From the NCBI RefSeq assembly GCF_028641065.1, contig NC_073394.1, positions 16,492,001 to 16,556,000 on the forward strand: a stretch of 64,000 nt of DNA. Direction: 5' to 3'. This DNA is from Leucoraja erinacea (Eukaryota). This document shows, one piece after another, positions 1 to 12,330 of this stretch. The stretch's first letter is position 1. Each line of letters opens with the position of its first letter. The notes beneath the pieces are model-generated. The model saw only the letters and a program-made list of their open reading frames with translations, did not search any database and was not told where the DNA came from. The position numbers and the translations under genes are program-made.

Positions 1-632
1 GCAATTCCATAATGTATATTGGAGTATTTGCAGTGTTAGGAGTGATTTTCACACAGATCACACAATTAACACTAATGTTACATTACTTGATTCCCTTTTG
101 TCTAAGCTCATGTAATCGTTCTATTAAACGGTGCGACATGACAATCTGCAAAGACATTTCTCCCTTGACCAATGTTCATAAATCAACAGTTGAAAATTCT
201 CATAGGATTTTCCCTTCAAATTACCAATTATATTCAAAGACAAAACAGACAGCTTTTGGTCTACTCGGAAGTCCAGGATTGTGGGGAATAGATTGGAAAG
301 CAGACCTGAGGGCACGATCAGATCAGTCTCAATCTTATTCATTGTTGGGGCCGTGTTGAGGGTTGCAGAGATTATGCTGTTCCTATTTCTTATTTCATTC
401 CACTCGAAACAAATGCCAAACAGTAGAAAATAATACTTAAGTGTGGTGATGCATTTTATGAAGTCAAATCAGGCCAGAGCCTTCACAGTGAACGCTACGG
501 CCCTGGGGAATGTTGTAGAACAGGGGGGTATTGTATTACAAGAACATAGTTCCCTAAAAGTGACATCACAAGGTAAGATGGTGAAGAAGGTTTATGGCTT
601 GTTGGCCTTCATGAGGTAGGGAATTGAGAATT

Positions 633-1448
633 CCAGAAGTGGCGGCGTGCCCAAGCAGCTGCGGCTCGCCTGCAGTCCGCTTGTCTTTTCTTTTTTTGTT
701 TTCTTTTGTCCCGTTGTCACAGTTTATTTCAGTTTATTTTAGTTGTGCATGTGTGGGGGGGTGGGAGAAACTTGTTTTAGTCTCTTCCTTCGGGGGGGTT
801 GCAACCTTTTCTTGTCGCATCCCCCATCTCCGTCTCCGTCTGCGGAGAGGCCTAATGGCGGAGCTGGCGGCCTCCAACTGGGAATTACCTCGAGGCTCCA
901 GAGGCAGAGCCAGCCAGGACTTACCAACGCGAGGCCGGCGGACTTCGGGGCTGTGGCGGCGTTGCGGCGGCGACCCGAATTCGGAGCCCCGGAGGCTCGG
1001 CCGCGGGCCCAGTGGACGACAACGTCGGGAGCTCGCAGGTCACAGGTTGGTGACCTGTTCTCCGGAGCTCCCGCAACAACAGCTTCATCCGCTGGACTGG
1101 AGGGTGGCAGCTTCGGCAGCTTCGATCGCCCTGGGCCACGGAGATTGAACCAGCCCGCTCGCGGAGCTCGGATTCAGCCGCGGGATTTACTTACGATCAC
1201 CCGACGGGGTCACAACATCGGAAGCCTGGATCGCCTCAATGCAGAGGGAGAACAAGGAGGAAAGAGACAAGGACTTTAAGACGTTTGCCTTCCATCACAG
1301 TGAGGAGGGCCTGGTGGACTCACTGTGGTGGATGTTAAATTTATGTTTATTGTATGTTTTGTTATTAAATTCTATGTTATGACTGCAAGGCACAAAATTT
1401 TGTTCAGACTGAAAAGTCTGAATAACAATAAAGGATACTTGATACTTG
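633..1448 (+). mobile_element. GC-rich non-coding retroelement with a LINE-type 3' tail, inserted in a CR1 fragment
   Basis: CpG-rich body with no RT motif; ends in CAATAAAG(GATACTT)n. Related segments at 48020-48680, 19262-19495 (-) and 28140-28207 (-). CR1 sequence on both flanks. Confidence 0.6.
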
Positions 1449-1975
1449 ATTGATATGTATGAAGTTATGCTACAATTGTACAAGTACTGGTGAAACTGTA
1501 CTTGGAGTATTGTGTTCAGTTTGGGTCACGCTGGAAATATGTTGTTCAGCTGGAAAGAGTGCACAGACAATTTACGAGGTTGTTACCATGACTCAAGGGC
1601 CTAAGCTTTAGGGAAAGGTTTCACAGGCTGGGACTTTATTCTTTTGAGTGCAGGAGGCTGAAGGATGATCTTATAGAGGTATATAAATCATGCAGGGAAT
1701 AGATAGGGTAAATGCCTGGAGCCTTTTCCATAGAGTAAGGGAATCAAGGGAACTAAAGTGTATTGATTTGAGTATATGGAATGAGCTGCAAGAGGAATTA
1801 GTTGAGCCAGGTACTATAACAACATTTAAAATACAATTGGACAGGTACATGAATAGGAAAAGTTTAGAGGAATGTGGGCAAATTGCAGATAAAATGGGAC
1901 TATTTTAGATGGGACTTCCTGGTCGGCATGGACGAGTTAGCCCTAAGGGGTCGTTTCCATGCTGTATGACTCTGT
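1449..1975 (+). mobile_element. Degenerate CR1/HER1 LINE 3' fragment (continues from ~420-630)
   Basis: LEYCVQF.. and DLIEVYKIM.GIDRV-like coding remnants and a CR1 3' end TTTCCATGCTGTATGACTCT. Confidence 0.75.
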
Positions 1976-3219
1976 CACGCTAATTGCCGTGACTGGATTT
2001 CACCCATTTTAGGTGCTAAACATGTTTAGTGTGAACACAAAGGTATAATTGGAAATGCACCAAAATTTACGAATTTGGTAATTAGAACTGGAACTCAGTT
2101 TATACACAGATTCATGCACAAAAACAGGGCCAGTGCAGTTCCCATCAGGAACTGTATGAAAAGCTTCCCATCCCAATGTGTTCTCATTGTGTTGAACACT
2201 GGGAAGGGCATCAGATCTTAAAGAACGTCTCCCTATGACACCTAACATCAACTACGTAAACTACTCTCATGCAGAAGAAGGAAAATAGTAGGGAAGGTAA
2301 ACATGGCAATTTCTATGTGTCTGGACTACCTCTCACACAAGCATCAGCTGCGATCAAATCTCATGCTGAGAGTCTCATGCTCCATACCATTGTGAGATAG
2401 AGGATGATGAATAGAACCAGACATTCCAACATGTAGTTCTAACTTGAATTGTATAGAAGACTGAGAACAGTGATGGAGCAACGGCAATGAGATTTCCATT
2501 GTCCCCAGGATTGAAAAATGAGACCGGGAAATGTGTGCGAGATATTAATCTCATTAATATCTCATTGCTGATCTCAACACAAAGCGTTGCCAGTTAATTT
2601 GTGAGTGTTCAGCAGAGGTCATAAGTTGCGCCCAACAGCTCTATTGAATGCCAGTGCTTGACGTGAGATCATTAGAGGTGTGACCGACACCATGTAAACA
2701 CATGCTCGGAGGAGTTGTGCGTGGCATTGCCTGGGCCAGTTTCCTCTTGGCTATAATTTTTACCAGGAAGTGATCATTGGCAGCACCAAAACCAGCCCAA
2801 ATATGCCATCAAAAATGAGCATAAATTGATCCAATTTCTAAGCAACAATTTTCTCCTCTAAAAGCCAATCAGTCTAAAATGTTAACTTGATTTTTCACTC
2901 TCTGTATAAGCTACCTGATTTGCTGAGTATATCCAGCATTTATTAATTAAGCATATTTAATCAGTGTCTAATCCAACACCTGTAACTCAAATTTAAAATA
3001 ATTTTAAAAGACCACATCTTTTACCGAATCAATTGATATTTTTCTGAGTAAATTAAAAGCAAAAGTAAGTACTTTCATGAGGTACCTGTTAGTGTCTCTG
3101 AGCCTACAAACTAAAAGGAATCCTCTACAAATGCTTACAAGCAGGTGCACATAACAGAAAGAATCAAAAATAATTAATCTAAGGATGTGGTGTGTTTCGT
3201 GAGCAAGATAGGCTTCATA

Positions 3220-3475
3220 CTTTTAGTTTAGTTTAGAGATGCAGCATGGAAACAGGCCCTTCGGCCCACAGTACCAACCAGCGATCCCCCACACTAACAC
3301 TATCCTACACACACTAGGAACAATTTACAATTTTACCAAAGTCAATTAACATACAAACCTGTAAGGGAGCACCCAGAGTAAATCCTTGCCGATCACGAGG
3401 AAAACGTACAAACTCCATACAGGCAGCACCAGTGGTCAGGATCGAACCTGGTTCTCTACCGCTACACCACCATGC
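3220..3475 (-). mobile_element. HE1-like tRNA-derived SINE
   Basis: tRNA-like B box (GGTTCGATCC) on minus, GGGCCGAAGGGCCTGTTTCC 3' region and (CTAAA)n tail. Confidence 0.8.
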
Positions 3476-5555
3476 CTTCCCTCTGGCACATTGTATTTTG
3501 AAATTAGACCTGAAGCTTACAGAAATCTGGCTGTTGTTTGGCACTGGTTGTGCCTGAAATGTCTTGATATTTGTATTGGTTGGGCTGAGTTCAGGTGCAT
3601 TACGCTAATCAAAGATGCACAACAGAAAGTCCAGGCAAAAGAGTTTGCTCTTGCCATAAAGATTTATGCAGCCACATGTACCATTTATTGGACTCTTCAT
3701 CTCCTGGGTCATTTGATCTGTATTTGTGTCATCATCAATCCACCTGTGGTCTGGGAAAGGCAACGGTAAACCAGGGGCCTAATTGATGGCACAGCCAACA
3801 TCTTAACTTGCGCACAACTTGCACTTGTATCTATAGTTCAGATCAATGCTTCAGTCAGATTGAAGTAGACAATTGGAAAATTAGTGACCTGCAATTTACA
3901 AAGTTAATCTTAGGGAATAAAAGCAATTGAAAAAAAATTGTAGTGTCAGAGCAACCCTATGAAAACCAATTCCCAGGTATGCAGTGTTTACTTGGAGAAT
4001 CCTCAGTCGGGCATCACAGATAATTAGCACATTTAGAACTGGTAACATTTCCTGTTAATTGTAGTAACATTTTCTTTAGGTGGAATAATTACAGCTGCAG
4101 CTGGGTTATCAGGAATCGCAGGCATACTTAGCTACAAATCGAAACAAATTCTGATAGCTTTGTAAAGTTCATTTTAAGACCAATTTTGAATTAGTGTGTA
4201 CTGATTTGAACACGGCGAGGAGCTTCTTCCTTCAGGAGCATTTTATAAATTACTGTCAAGAATGATTTCTGGTATTAAGGCTTAGAGTTAGGTAGGAATT
4301 TTCTCTCAGTCACTTGTGCTAAACACATAATATAGAGGCAATTACATGCATTGCTCCATTTCTGAAATTCAATTTTATTACTTTAGTGGAATTGGATTTC
4401 AGAAGCAGAGTACAATGCACAGTCACTAATGTATATGCGCGTTTGGTGCAATCAACTGAAGACAAACTTCTACCTCAAAGACTGCAAAATATGAGATCAT
4501 TGGGTACAATTGAATCATTTACAGGACAGATTTTCCATCAACGTACTTGCATTGAGGCGTTTGTTATCGGAATGAAGCAGCTGAGGATGTGGGTGATTCA
4601 TCAAATGTTAGTGTTTTAACATGCCACAGGTTAAGGTATTGTATTGGAAATAAGGATCAATAGGACTTTAAATGATCAACTTTTAAATAAGATTTGATTA
4701 GACATTTTCTCCATTGACAATAGATTAAAATAATGACAAAAAGAAAATGCCTTTGGCTGGCTCAAAAGTTTTTTATTTTTACACAAATATCCAAACATTG
4801 ATGATAGACAAAATGCTGGCGTAACTCAAGGGGACAGGCAGCATCTCTGGAGAGAAGGAATAGGTGACGTTTCGGGTCAAGAACCTTCTTGATTATTGGT
4901 TCAATTATGTCACTTAAAGGACCACATCAATAATTCTGCTTTATCAATTAGATTAGACAGCTAAAATAATTAGTGGGAAAAAAGGTTCAAGGGTCTTTTC
5001 TCATCCTTGTACCATTCTTTGCAGTTATTTCCCTATCTACCCTCTACACATCTGAAAGACGTCACCCATTTTGGCACTCCATATTCACATAGTCACTAGA
5101 AATAAACTTTTTGCCAAAGCATAACTCAAATTTATCTCAAACCCCTATTTATAATTGAGCACATAGAACAATACAGCACCCTTCGGCCCACAAAGTCTGT
5201 GCCGAACATGATGCCATTAAACTAACGTCCTCTGTCTGCTCATGATCTATATCCATCAGTTTCCTGCATATCCATGTGCCTTTCTGAAAATGCCCCTTTC
5301 GTATCTGCCTCCACCACCACCCCAGATCCATGGGTAGCTGAACCATGTGGTTTAAACCAAAGCCAAATCAAATATTCTACCAAACCTCAATGTGATTTTA
5401 AAGAACAGCTTTTGGAAATATTTGAAAAAACCCTCAAAATACAACAGTGCTTTAGCCTTGCAATATTTTCTGTTTTCTTTTGAAAAAAATATAGCAGCAT
5501 CTAGTAATATATGCAAGAATAGGGATAGACATAAAGGCTCTCACTAGCCTCAGTG

Positions 5556-5762
5556 AGCCAGTGACACAGTGGCAGGTCCAAGGTCGTCAGGCCAGTGACA
5601 CAGTGGTAGGGTTAGTGTCACCAGACCAGTGACACAGTGGCAGGGACAGGATCACCGAGCGAGTGATACAATGGCAGGACCAGTGACCTGGGTCGGGGTC
5701 AACGTTACACAGGACAGTGACACAGCTTCAATGCCACTTGGCCAGTGACACAGTGGTAGGGT
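5556..5762 (+). repeat. Degenerate ~34-bp minisatellite with conserved core CCAGTGACACAGTGG
   Basis: Cores at 5558, 5592, 5626, ~5660 (diverged), ~5714 and 5742. Confidence 0.85.
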
Positions 5763-6344
5763 TGGGACTAGGGTAAAAACCAGATAAATTGAAAAAAAAT
5801 CACAACTATATATTAATCTTGAATAATATATTATTCAGTTTGCCGTGATACAATCCTTTTCAAGTGTCGGTTTATACTTATTTCTATCCTAATTTTCTTT
5901 GATTTTCTTCAAGAAGACATTTGCTGTAACGTGCCTTTCTTTCATTCACTCTGACAAGTACACCAGATCGAAATACATTTTCATTGATGCTACAGCCGGT
6001 CTACAAGCACTCAATTGGAGCTGCAATTGTACAATTGCTTAACCTTCATTTGATTAGTGGTTCTGTCATAGCAAGACACTTAATCTTCCAAGCCAGTCAA
6101 TGAGATTAAATTACAGAAAGCTGTGGGACTCAACCCTTTCCGCCTCTGGCCTGGAAACTATTCTCCTAGATGATTAATATTAAATTCCAGGAATGTTAAA
6201 TTTTCCCGAAACTACTGCAGCACACAATTTTTCTTTTTAATGGCCACATTGCCACTAAAACAATCATTCCAAGTATATTTGTGCTGTGCTAAAAATGTTA
6301 GAAGCCCAGCATTCTCTAAATAACAATGCATGATTATCCGAAAC

Positions 6345-6900
6345 ATCGCAGGTAACAGACTACTGATCGACATCTACTACAAACCCACTGACTCCCCATG
6401 GCTATCTGGACTACACTTCTTCCCACCCTGCTTCCTATAAGGACTTTATCCCATATTCCCAATTCCTCCTTCAGCGTCGCATCTGCACCCAGGATGAGGT
6501 GTTCCAAACCAGGGCATCGGAGATGTCCTCATTCTTTAGGGAACAGAGGTTCCCCTCTTCGACTAGAGATGAGGCTCTCACCAGGGTCTCTTCTATATCC
6601 CATAGCTCTGCTCCCACTCCCCATCCCACTTGTAACAAGGACAAAGTCCCTCTTGTCCTCACCTTTCACCCTACCAGCCATCACATACAACAGATAATTC
6701 TCCAACATTTTCGCCACCTCCAATGGGATCCCACCACTGGCCACACCTTCCCATCTCCTCCCCTTTAGGCTTTCCACAGAGACCGCTCCCTCCGTAACAC
6801 CCTGGTCAATTCGTCCCTTCCCACCCAAACCACCCCCTCCCCTGGTACTTTCCCTTGCAACCGCAGGAAATGCTACACTTGTCGCTTTACCTCCCTCCTC
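6345..6900 (+). mobile_element. Penelope-like element RT C-terminal fragment
   Basis: Encodes IYYKPTDSHGYLDYTSSHP..IPYSQFL..RICT..DKVPLVLTFHP..PGTFPCNRRKCYTC, typical of Penelope-like elements. Confidence 0.85.
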
Positions 6901-8875
6901 GAGGGTGGGGGGGATTCTGCCAAGTTTGGTAAAGGAAAAGGTTCAAGTAGAATATAACATTAGGTCTGTTTTGGTATTCAGAAGCAGAACTTCCAGCCAA
7001 CACTTGCAAGTTATGCTTTTCCCATCAATGTGAAGTTCACCTGAACATTAACCTTCTTTGGCTCTTTAAATATCATTCAAAAAAACAGCAATTTACCTGG
7101 CATCATCCTATTCATCTCATATCACAGATTCACCACTTAGGTCACGATCTTAATATGTTTCTGGATCAGGACAATAGAAGAACAGGATATGCATCAGCCA
7201 GAAGGTTATCTGCATCTGGTGAGTTAATCAATTTCACACCGTGAACACAATGGCCACAATTTGCTGCCAGGAGTAAACCATCCACACTTGCTGCTGACAA
7301 GTGTGCCAATTATAGAACCATATTTTCCAAATCTACTGATGTTGACTGAGTCCTGCATCCAGCCCAATCTAAACAATGAAGCCTTAAATAGTGGCAATAC
7401 CTCATTTGGCACAGTACTGTCAGATAGATGACGATGAAAGTCAGTACACATACGATTCAAAAGCAAAACGCAGATGAAAATTCATTGTTGTGAAACGTTA
7501 ACTCTGCTCTTTTTTGCACAGGTGATGCCCGGCTTGCTGAATATCTCCAGCACTTTCTGGGCTTTAAGTAAAAATATAAGTATCTACATACTAGAATTCA
7601 GCAGCAGGTGGGTGGTTGATTTCAGCAAAAAAAAAAGCACATTGCTTAAATCTTGAAAAATATATATTTATTTGTTATTGTGATTTTGTACTTTTCCTTC
7701 TGTGTGATTTTTAATATGCTGCCTTTTTAGCAACCACTTGATTGTCTTTATACTCATCAACCAAAACCACAGATAAATGTAATGTTAAATGTTAGGAAAT
7801 CAGAGTCTTTGTGATAAATGTTTTAACTGATGTTTCTACATTGGAATGAATCGGTGAAATTGGGGAGAGCTGAACAAAGGTCCAAGTAGGATTGAGACAT
7901 AGATTTGGATCAGTGACAGAAATTGAAGATTGTGAAGAGCTTTGTAATTATTATAGAGGAGGTGGTGTGAAACTTGGGATAAAGAAGGTACTTAAAAAAT
8001 AGATCAGTTGAGAGATTGAAGAACGGAGGTTTGTGCACTTCAGCTCTTTTCAAATGAATTCACACCAACAAAATTGAGAACAATTATAACTGGTGAAAAA
8101 CTGACACACAGACAAAGAAAGAGCAAGAAAAGCATAGTCATTTTGGTTCAGACGTCTATTGCATTATTCAATTAGATGTATTGTGATCTTATTATCTTTG
8201 ACAAATGCCTTACTAGGTATGGTTATCAAATTTGGTGAATCTTAGTTTACAATAAACATTTGGTTTTGCGTCAATTGCAGAAGGAAGTCCCAAATTTCTA
8301 CAATTTTCATGTACCGATTTTTTTCAAAACTTTACTTCCTAAACCCCTGACTCTAATTTGTACATGTCTCCGACATTTTCCCAATTTCAAAAGAGTTTGT
8401 CTCTGTCCATCCCATCAGTTCTCCTCAATAGCTTGGAAAACTTTGATCAAAGCAACCATTTAATTTCTAAATTTCAGACAATGTTATTCTAATCGGTATA
8501 TTTTGTGCCATTGGAATGCATAACCTCTATTTATATTCTTTATTTTGTACCTTGCAACATGTTTCTGAGCAACTTCTAAAGGTCCACGTAAATATATCCA
8601 TTTACATTCCCTTGTCTAATACCTCACTCACCTCTTAAATAAACAAACTACATTAATCAGGCATACCTCACCCTACCCCGTTTTCATCCACACCATATTT
8701 AACTATAAACTCCAGAAAAATAATTTCTACACATTATGCTAATTGGCCTATAATTCCCAAAGTTAACTCTTTGACGTTTCTTGAACAATACAATAGTCCG
8801 CAAATCATAAAAGATTATATTTGGGCTGAAGTATTTAGACCTACTTCAATTTAAGTCCAATGACGTAAACTATCT

Positions 8876-9745
8876 TCAGATTCAGATTCAAATTCAACTT
8901 TAATTGTCATTGTCAGTGTGCAATACAGAGACAACAAAATGCAGTTAGCATCTCCCTGGGAGAGCGACATAGAATATGATTTCAATAAGTAAATCTATTT
9001 ACATGTACACAGACATAGCGTATTTTCCTGTGGGAGGTGTGTCGGGGGGGGGGGGGGGTGGTGTGATTGGCAATCACAGAGGTACATTGTTGAGTAGTGT
9101 GACAGCCGCAGTGAAGAAGCTGTTCCTGGACCTGCTGGTCTGGCAACGGAGAGACCTGTAGCGCCTCCCGGATGGTAGGAGGGTAAACAGTCCATCGTTG
9201 GGGTGAGAGCAGTCCTTGGCGATGCTGAGCGCCCTCCGCAGACAACGCTTGCTTTGGACAGACTCAATGGAGGGGAGCGAGGAACTGGTGATGCGTTGGG
9301 CAATTTTCACCACCCTCTGCAGTGCTTTCCGGTCGGAGACAGAGCAGTTGCCATACCATACTGTGATACAGTTGGTAAGAATGCTCTCGATGGTGCAGCG
9401 GTAGAAGTTCACCAGGATCTGAGGAGACAGGTGCACCTTCTTCAGTCTCCTCAGGAAGAAGAGACGCTGGTGAGCCTTCTTGACCAGAGTTGAGGTATTG
9501 TGGGTCCAAGAGAGGTCATCGGAGATGTTGACCCCCAGGAACCTGAAGCTGGAAACACGTTCCACCTCCGTCCCGTTAATATGGATGAGGGTGTGCGTGC
9601 CGCCCCTAGACTTCCTGAAGTCTACAATGAGCTCCTTGGTCTTCTTGGAGTTAAGGGCCTGGTTGTTGTCAGCGCACCATGCTGCTAGGAGCTGGACCTC
9701 CTCCCTATAGGCCGACTCATCGTTGTTTGCTGATGAGGCCAATCT
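8876..9745 (-). mobile_element. Rex1/Babar-type LINE, 5'-truncated, RT C-terminal ORF (9074-9760 in track)
   Basis: LNSKKTKELIVDFRK..VERVSSFRFLGV..KKAHQRLFFLRRLKK..FYRCTIESIL..LLPSGRRYRS; (TCTGAA)n tail at ~8876-8895. Confidence 0.9.
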
Positions 9746-10270
9746 TCTCCAGGGATTCATTGTTCCTCATTTTCTAAATCACTGCACTTTTGTTAATTTT
9801 GTTCCGACCTTTTCCTAATTCATGCACCAGCTTCCTTAGAATGTCAAGTGAATAATCCTTTTTCTTTAATGTATATTATTTACCATTTGCTTATTTTCAA
9901 TTACAATATTATTGATCACAGTCTTTAAGAAGCTCACATTAGTTCTGGCTAACCACTTTCTCTTGGTTCACACTCTTTCAAATGTGCTTCCAAACATGCC
10001 CATTCCATTTCCAACATTTCTCCTCTTTTTCATTTTCTTTCCATTAAAACAATGATAATGTTCACCTAAACCTTAGGTTTAATTCCATAAGATTTCATAA
10101 TCAATGGATCCCATACAAGATACATCTTCCCCTCAGCTTTCAACATTCCAAAGTGACTACTATCTCTGAGATACTATGGTTTCTCTTCCAACTCCACCTT
10201 CTTAACAGCAATACCTCAAAAACTGCTGGAAATTAAACTGATCATGCTCAGTTTTCCCCAACCTTCCTAA

Positions 10271-11624
10271 TCTAATCTAGTGTGTGTATATGTGTGTGTG
10301 TATGTGGTCGTCTTTACATCTTCGCAAAAACACTACGCGGTAACGATTACATTTTTACTTATTCCGATTGACATTTTTCCCGTCGAGGATGGAAACACCT
10401 TATATGAATATTTTATGCTTTATTTCTCGACATTGTTCTCATTACTGATTAAAAGTCTAAAAAAGTCAAAATAAATTAAAACCACCTGATGACGTCACAA
10501 TTCAGATTCAGATTCACAATAGCTCAGCTAGCAGAGATCAGCCTCAATGAAGATTTCATCCTATATTTGATACATTATTCGTGATTAAAGCTTGAAAAAT
10601 GCCAACTTTCACAAGATTTTCACATGTTATCATTCACATTTTTCCTCTCGGCAGAGATCACTTTCACTTTATGCTTTATTTCTTGACTTATTACTGATTA
10701 AAGTTTAAAAAAAATCAAAATACCATGAATTTCAAACCAACCAGCTGCAACTGATGATGTCACTATGGATAGACTAGCACGGGGAGGGAGAATTGCTATT
10801 GCAACATGCAGAGCAAATGCAATTGGAATTTTTTTAAAGTGCGCTGCTGAGGGAGGCAATGGGAGTGCTGGAATCTTACTTTCGGGAATGGCTTGAGTTG
10901 AAGGACCACGCCTCCCATGGGAGCTAGGGGTAGGGAATGGTCTGCACTTGGTCTAGTATACTTATTAAAAGTCTGATCTTGTACGTGTGTATATGTGTGT
11001 GTGTGTATATATGGTTGTATTTACATCTTCGCAAAAACATTACGTGGTAACGATTACATTTTTACATATTCTGATTGACATTTTTCCCCGCTCAGCTAGC
11101 AGTGATCAGCTTCACTGAAGATTTCATCCTACATTTCATGTTATTCGTGATTAAAGCTTTAAAAATGCCAACTCTAACATTTTTACATATTCTGATTCAC
11201 ATTTTTCTCCTCAAGGCAGAGACCATCTTGTCTGAACATGTTATGCTGTATTTCTCGACTTATTACTGATTAAAGTTTAAAAGAATCAAAAGACTTTGAA
11301 TTTAAAAGAAATAGCTTCAACTCATGAAGTCACAATGGCTCGGCTAGCAGTGATCAGCTTCACTGAAGATTTCATCCTATATTTCACATTATTTGCAATT
11401 AAAGCTTTAAAGATGCCAACTTTCACAAGATTTTTACTGTTAAAATCATTCATGCCAGCTTCGAACACACTTCGATCCAATGTTGCGACAAAGGAACACT
11501 GAGCTTTTCACTTCACAGGAGGGGGAGGGCGAATTGCTATTGCAACACGCAGGGTAAGTGCAATTGGGGGCTACGGGTAGGGAACGGGTGTGTTGGAGGA
11601 GCAACGGGTCTGCACTTGGTCTAG
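10271..11624 (+). mobile_element. Two head-to-tail non-autonomous Helitron-like units (10271-10956; 10957-11624)
   Basis: Both units end GGTCTGCACTTGGTCTAG followed by T and share internal repeats. The second unit has the 5' motif AAAAGTCTGATCTT, also seen in the Helitron at 41592. Confidence 0.7.
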
Positions 11625-12077
11625 TGCAAATTAAAATCAAAATCCTCTGTAAAAATCTAATTTTGTTCTGGGCTGATCTTTTGTTGTATTTAAGAAAGAA
11701 TTGCAAATGCTGGAAAAGTCAAAGGTAGACAAAAATGCAGGAGAAACTCAACGGATGAGACACCATCTATGGAGCGAAGGAATAGGTGACGTTTCGGGTC
11801 GAGATTGTTGTATTTACATATTTTATCATTCATAAGCTGAGAATTGATCATAGAGTTATAGTATCATAGAGCACTGAAACAGACCCGTCGGCCCATCTAA
11901 ACTAGGCCCATTTACCTACATTAGATCCATATCCCTCCTCTCCTTTCCTCTCCATGTACCTGTCCTATTGCCTTTTAAATGTTGTTATTGTACCTGCCTG
12001 AAATGCCTGCTTTGGCAACTCATTCATGAGTGAAAAAGTTGCCCCACAGGTTTTTATTAAACCTTTCCCCTCTCACC

Positions 12078-12330
12078 GTAGGGTTGCTGCCTTGCAAAGC
12101 TTGCAGTGCCGGAGACCCGGGTTCAATCCTGACTGTGGGTGCTGTCTGTACAGAGTTTGTACGTGCTCCCCATGAAGTAAAGATTTGTAGGTTAATTTGC
12201 TTGGTAAATGTTAAAAATCATTGTTCCTACTGTGTGTAGGATAGTTTTAATGTGCGGGGATTGCTGGTTGGCGCGGACCCGGTGGGCCAAAGTGCCTGTT
12301 TCCACGCTGTATCTCTAAACTAAACTAAAA
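12078..12330 (+). mobile_element. HE1-like SINE
   Basis: GACCCGGGTTCAATCC B box and CTCTAAACTAAACTAAA tail. Confidence 0.8.

Noticed and set aside
624-1279. Overlapping 174- and 178-aa ORFs, or a CpG-island promoter
   Set aside because: GC-rich repeat body with relatives elsewhere in the window, inserted in a CR1; no recognisable protein motifs.
5556-5762. CRISPR array or functional RSS
   Set aside because: Vertebrate DNA with no cas genes; the linkers are short and mutually related; no nonamer at 12 or 23 bp from the heptamers examined.
9074-9760. 228-aa ORF as a host gene (similar sequences get annotated as an ALKBH8-like/DUF1891 domain)
   Set aside because: It is the RT C-terminus of a Rex1/Babar LINE with a microsatellite tail.
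12110-12135. tRNA gene suggested by a B-box motif
   Set aside because: Part of a tRNA-derived SINE head; no cloverleaf.
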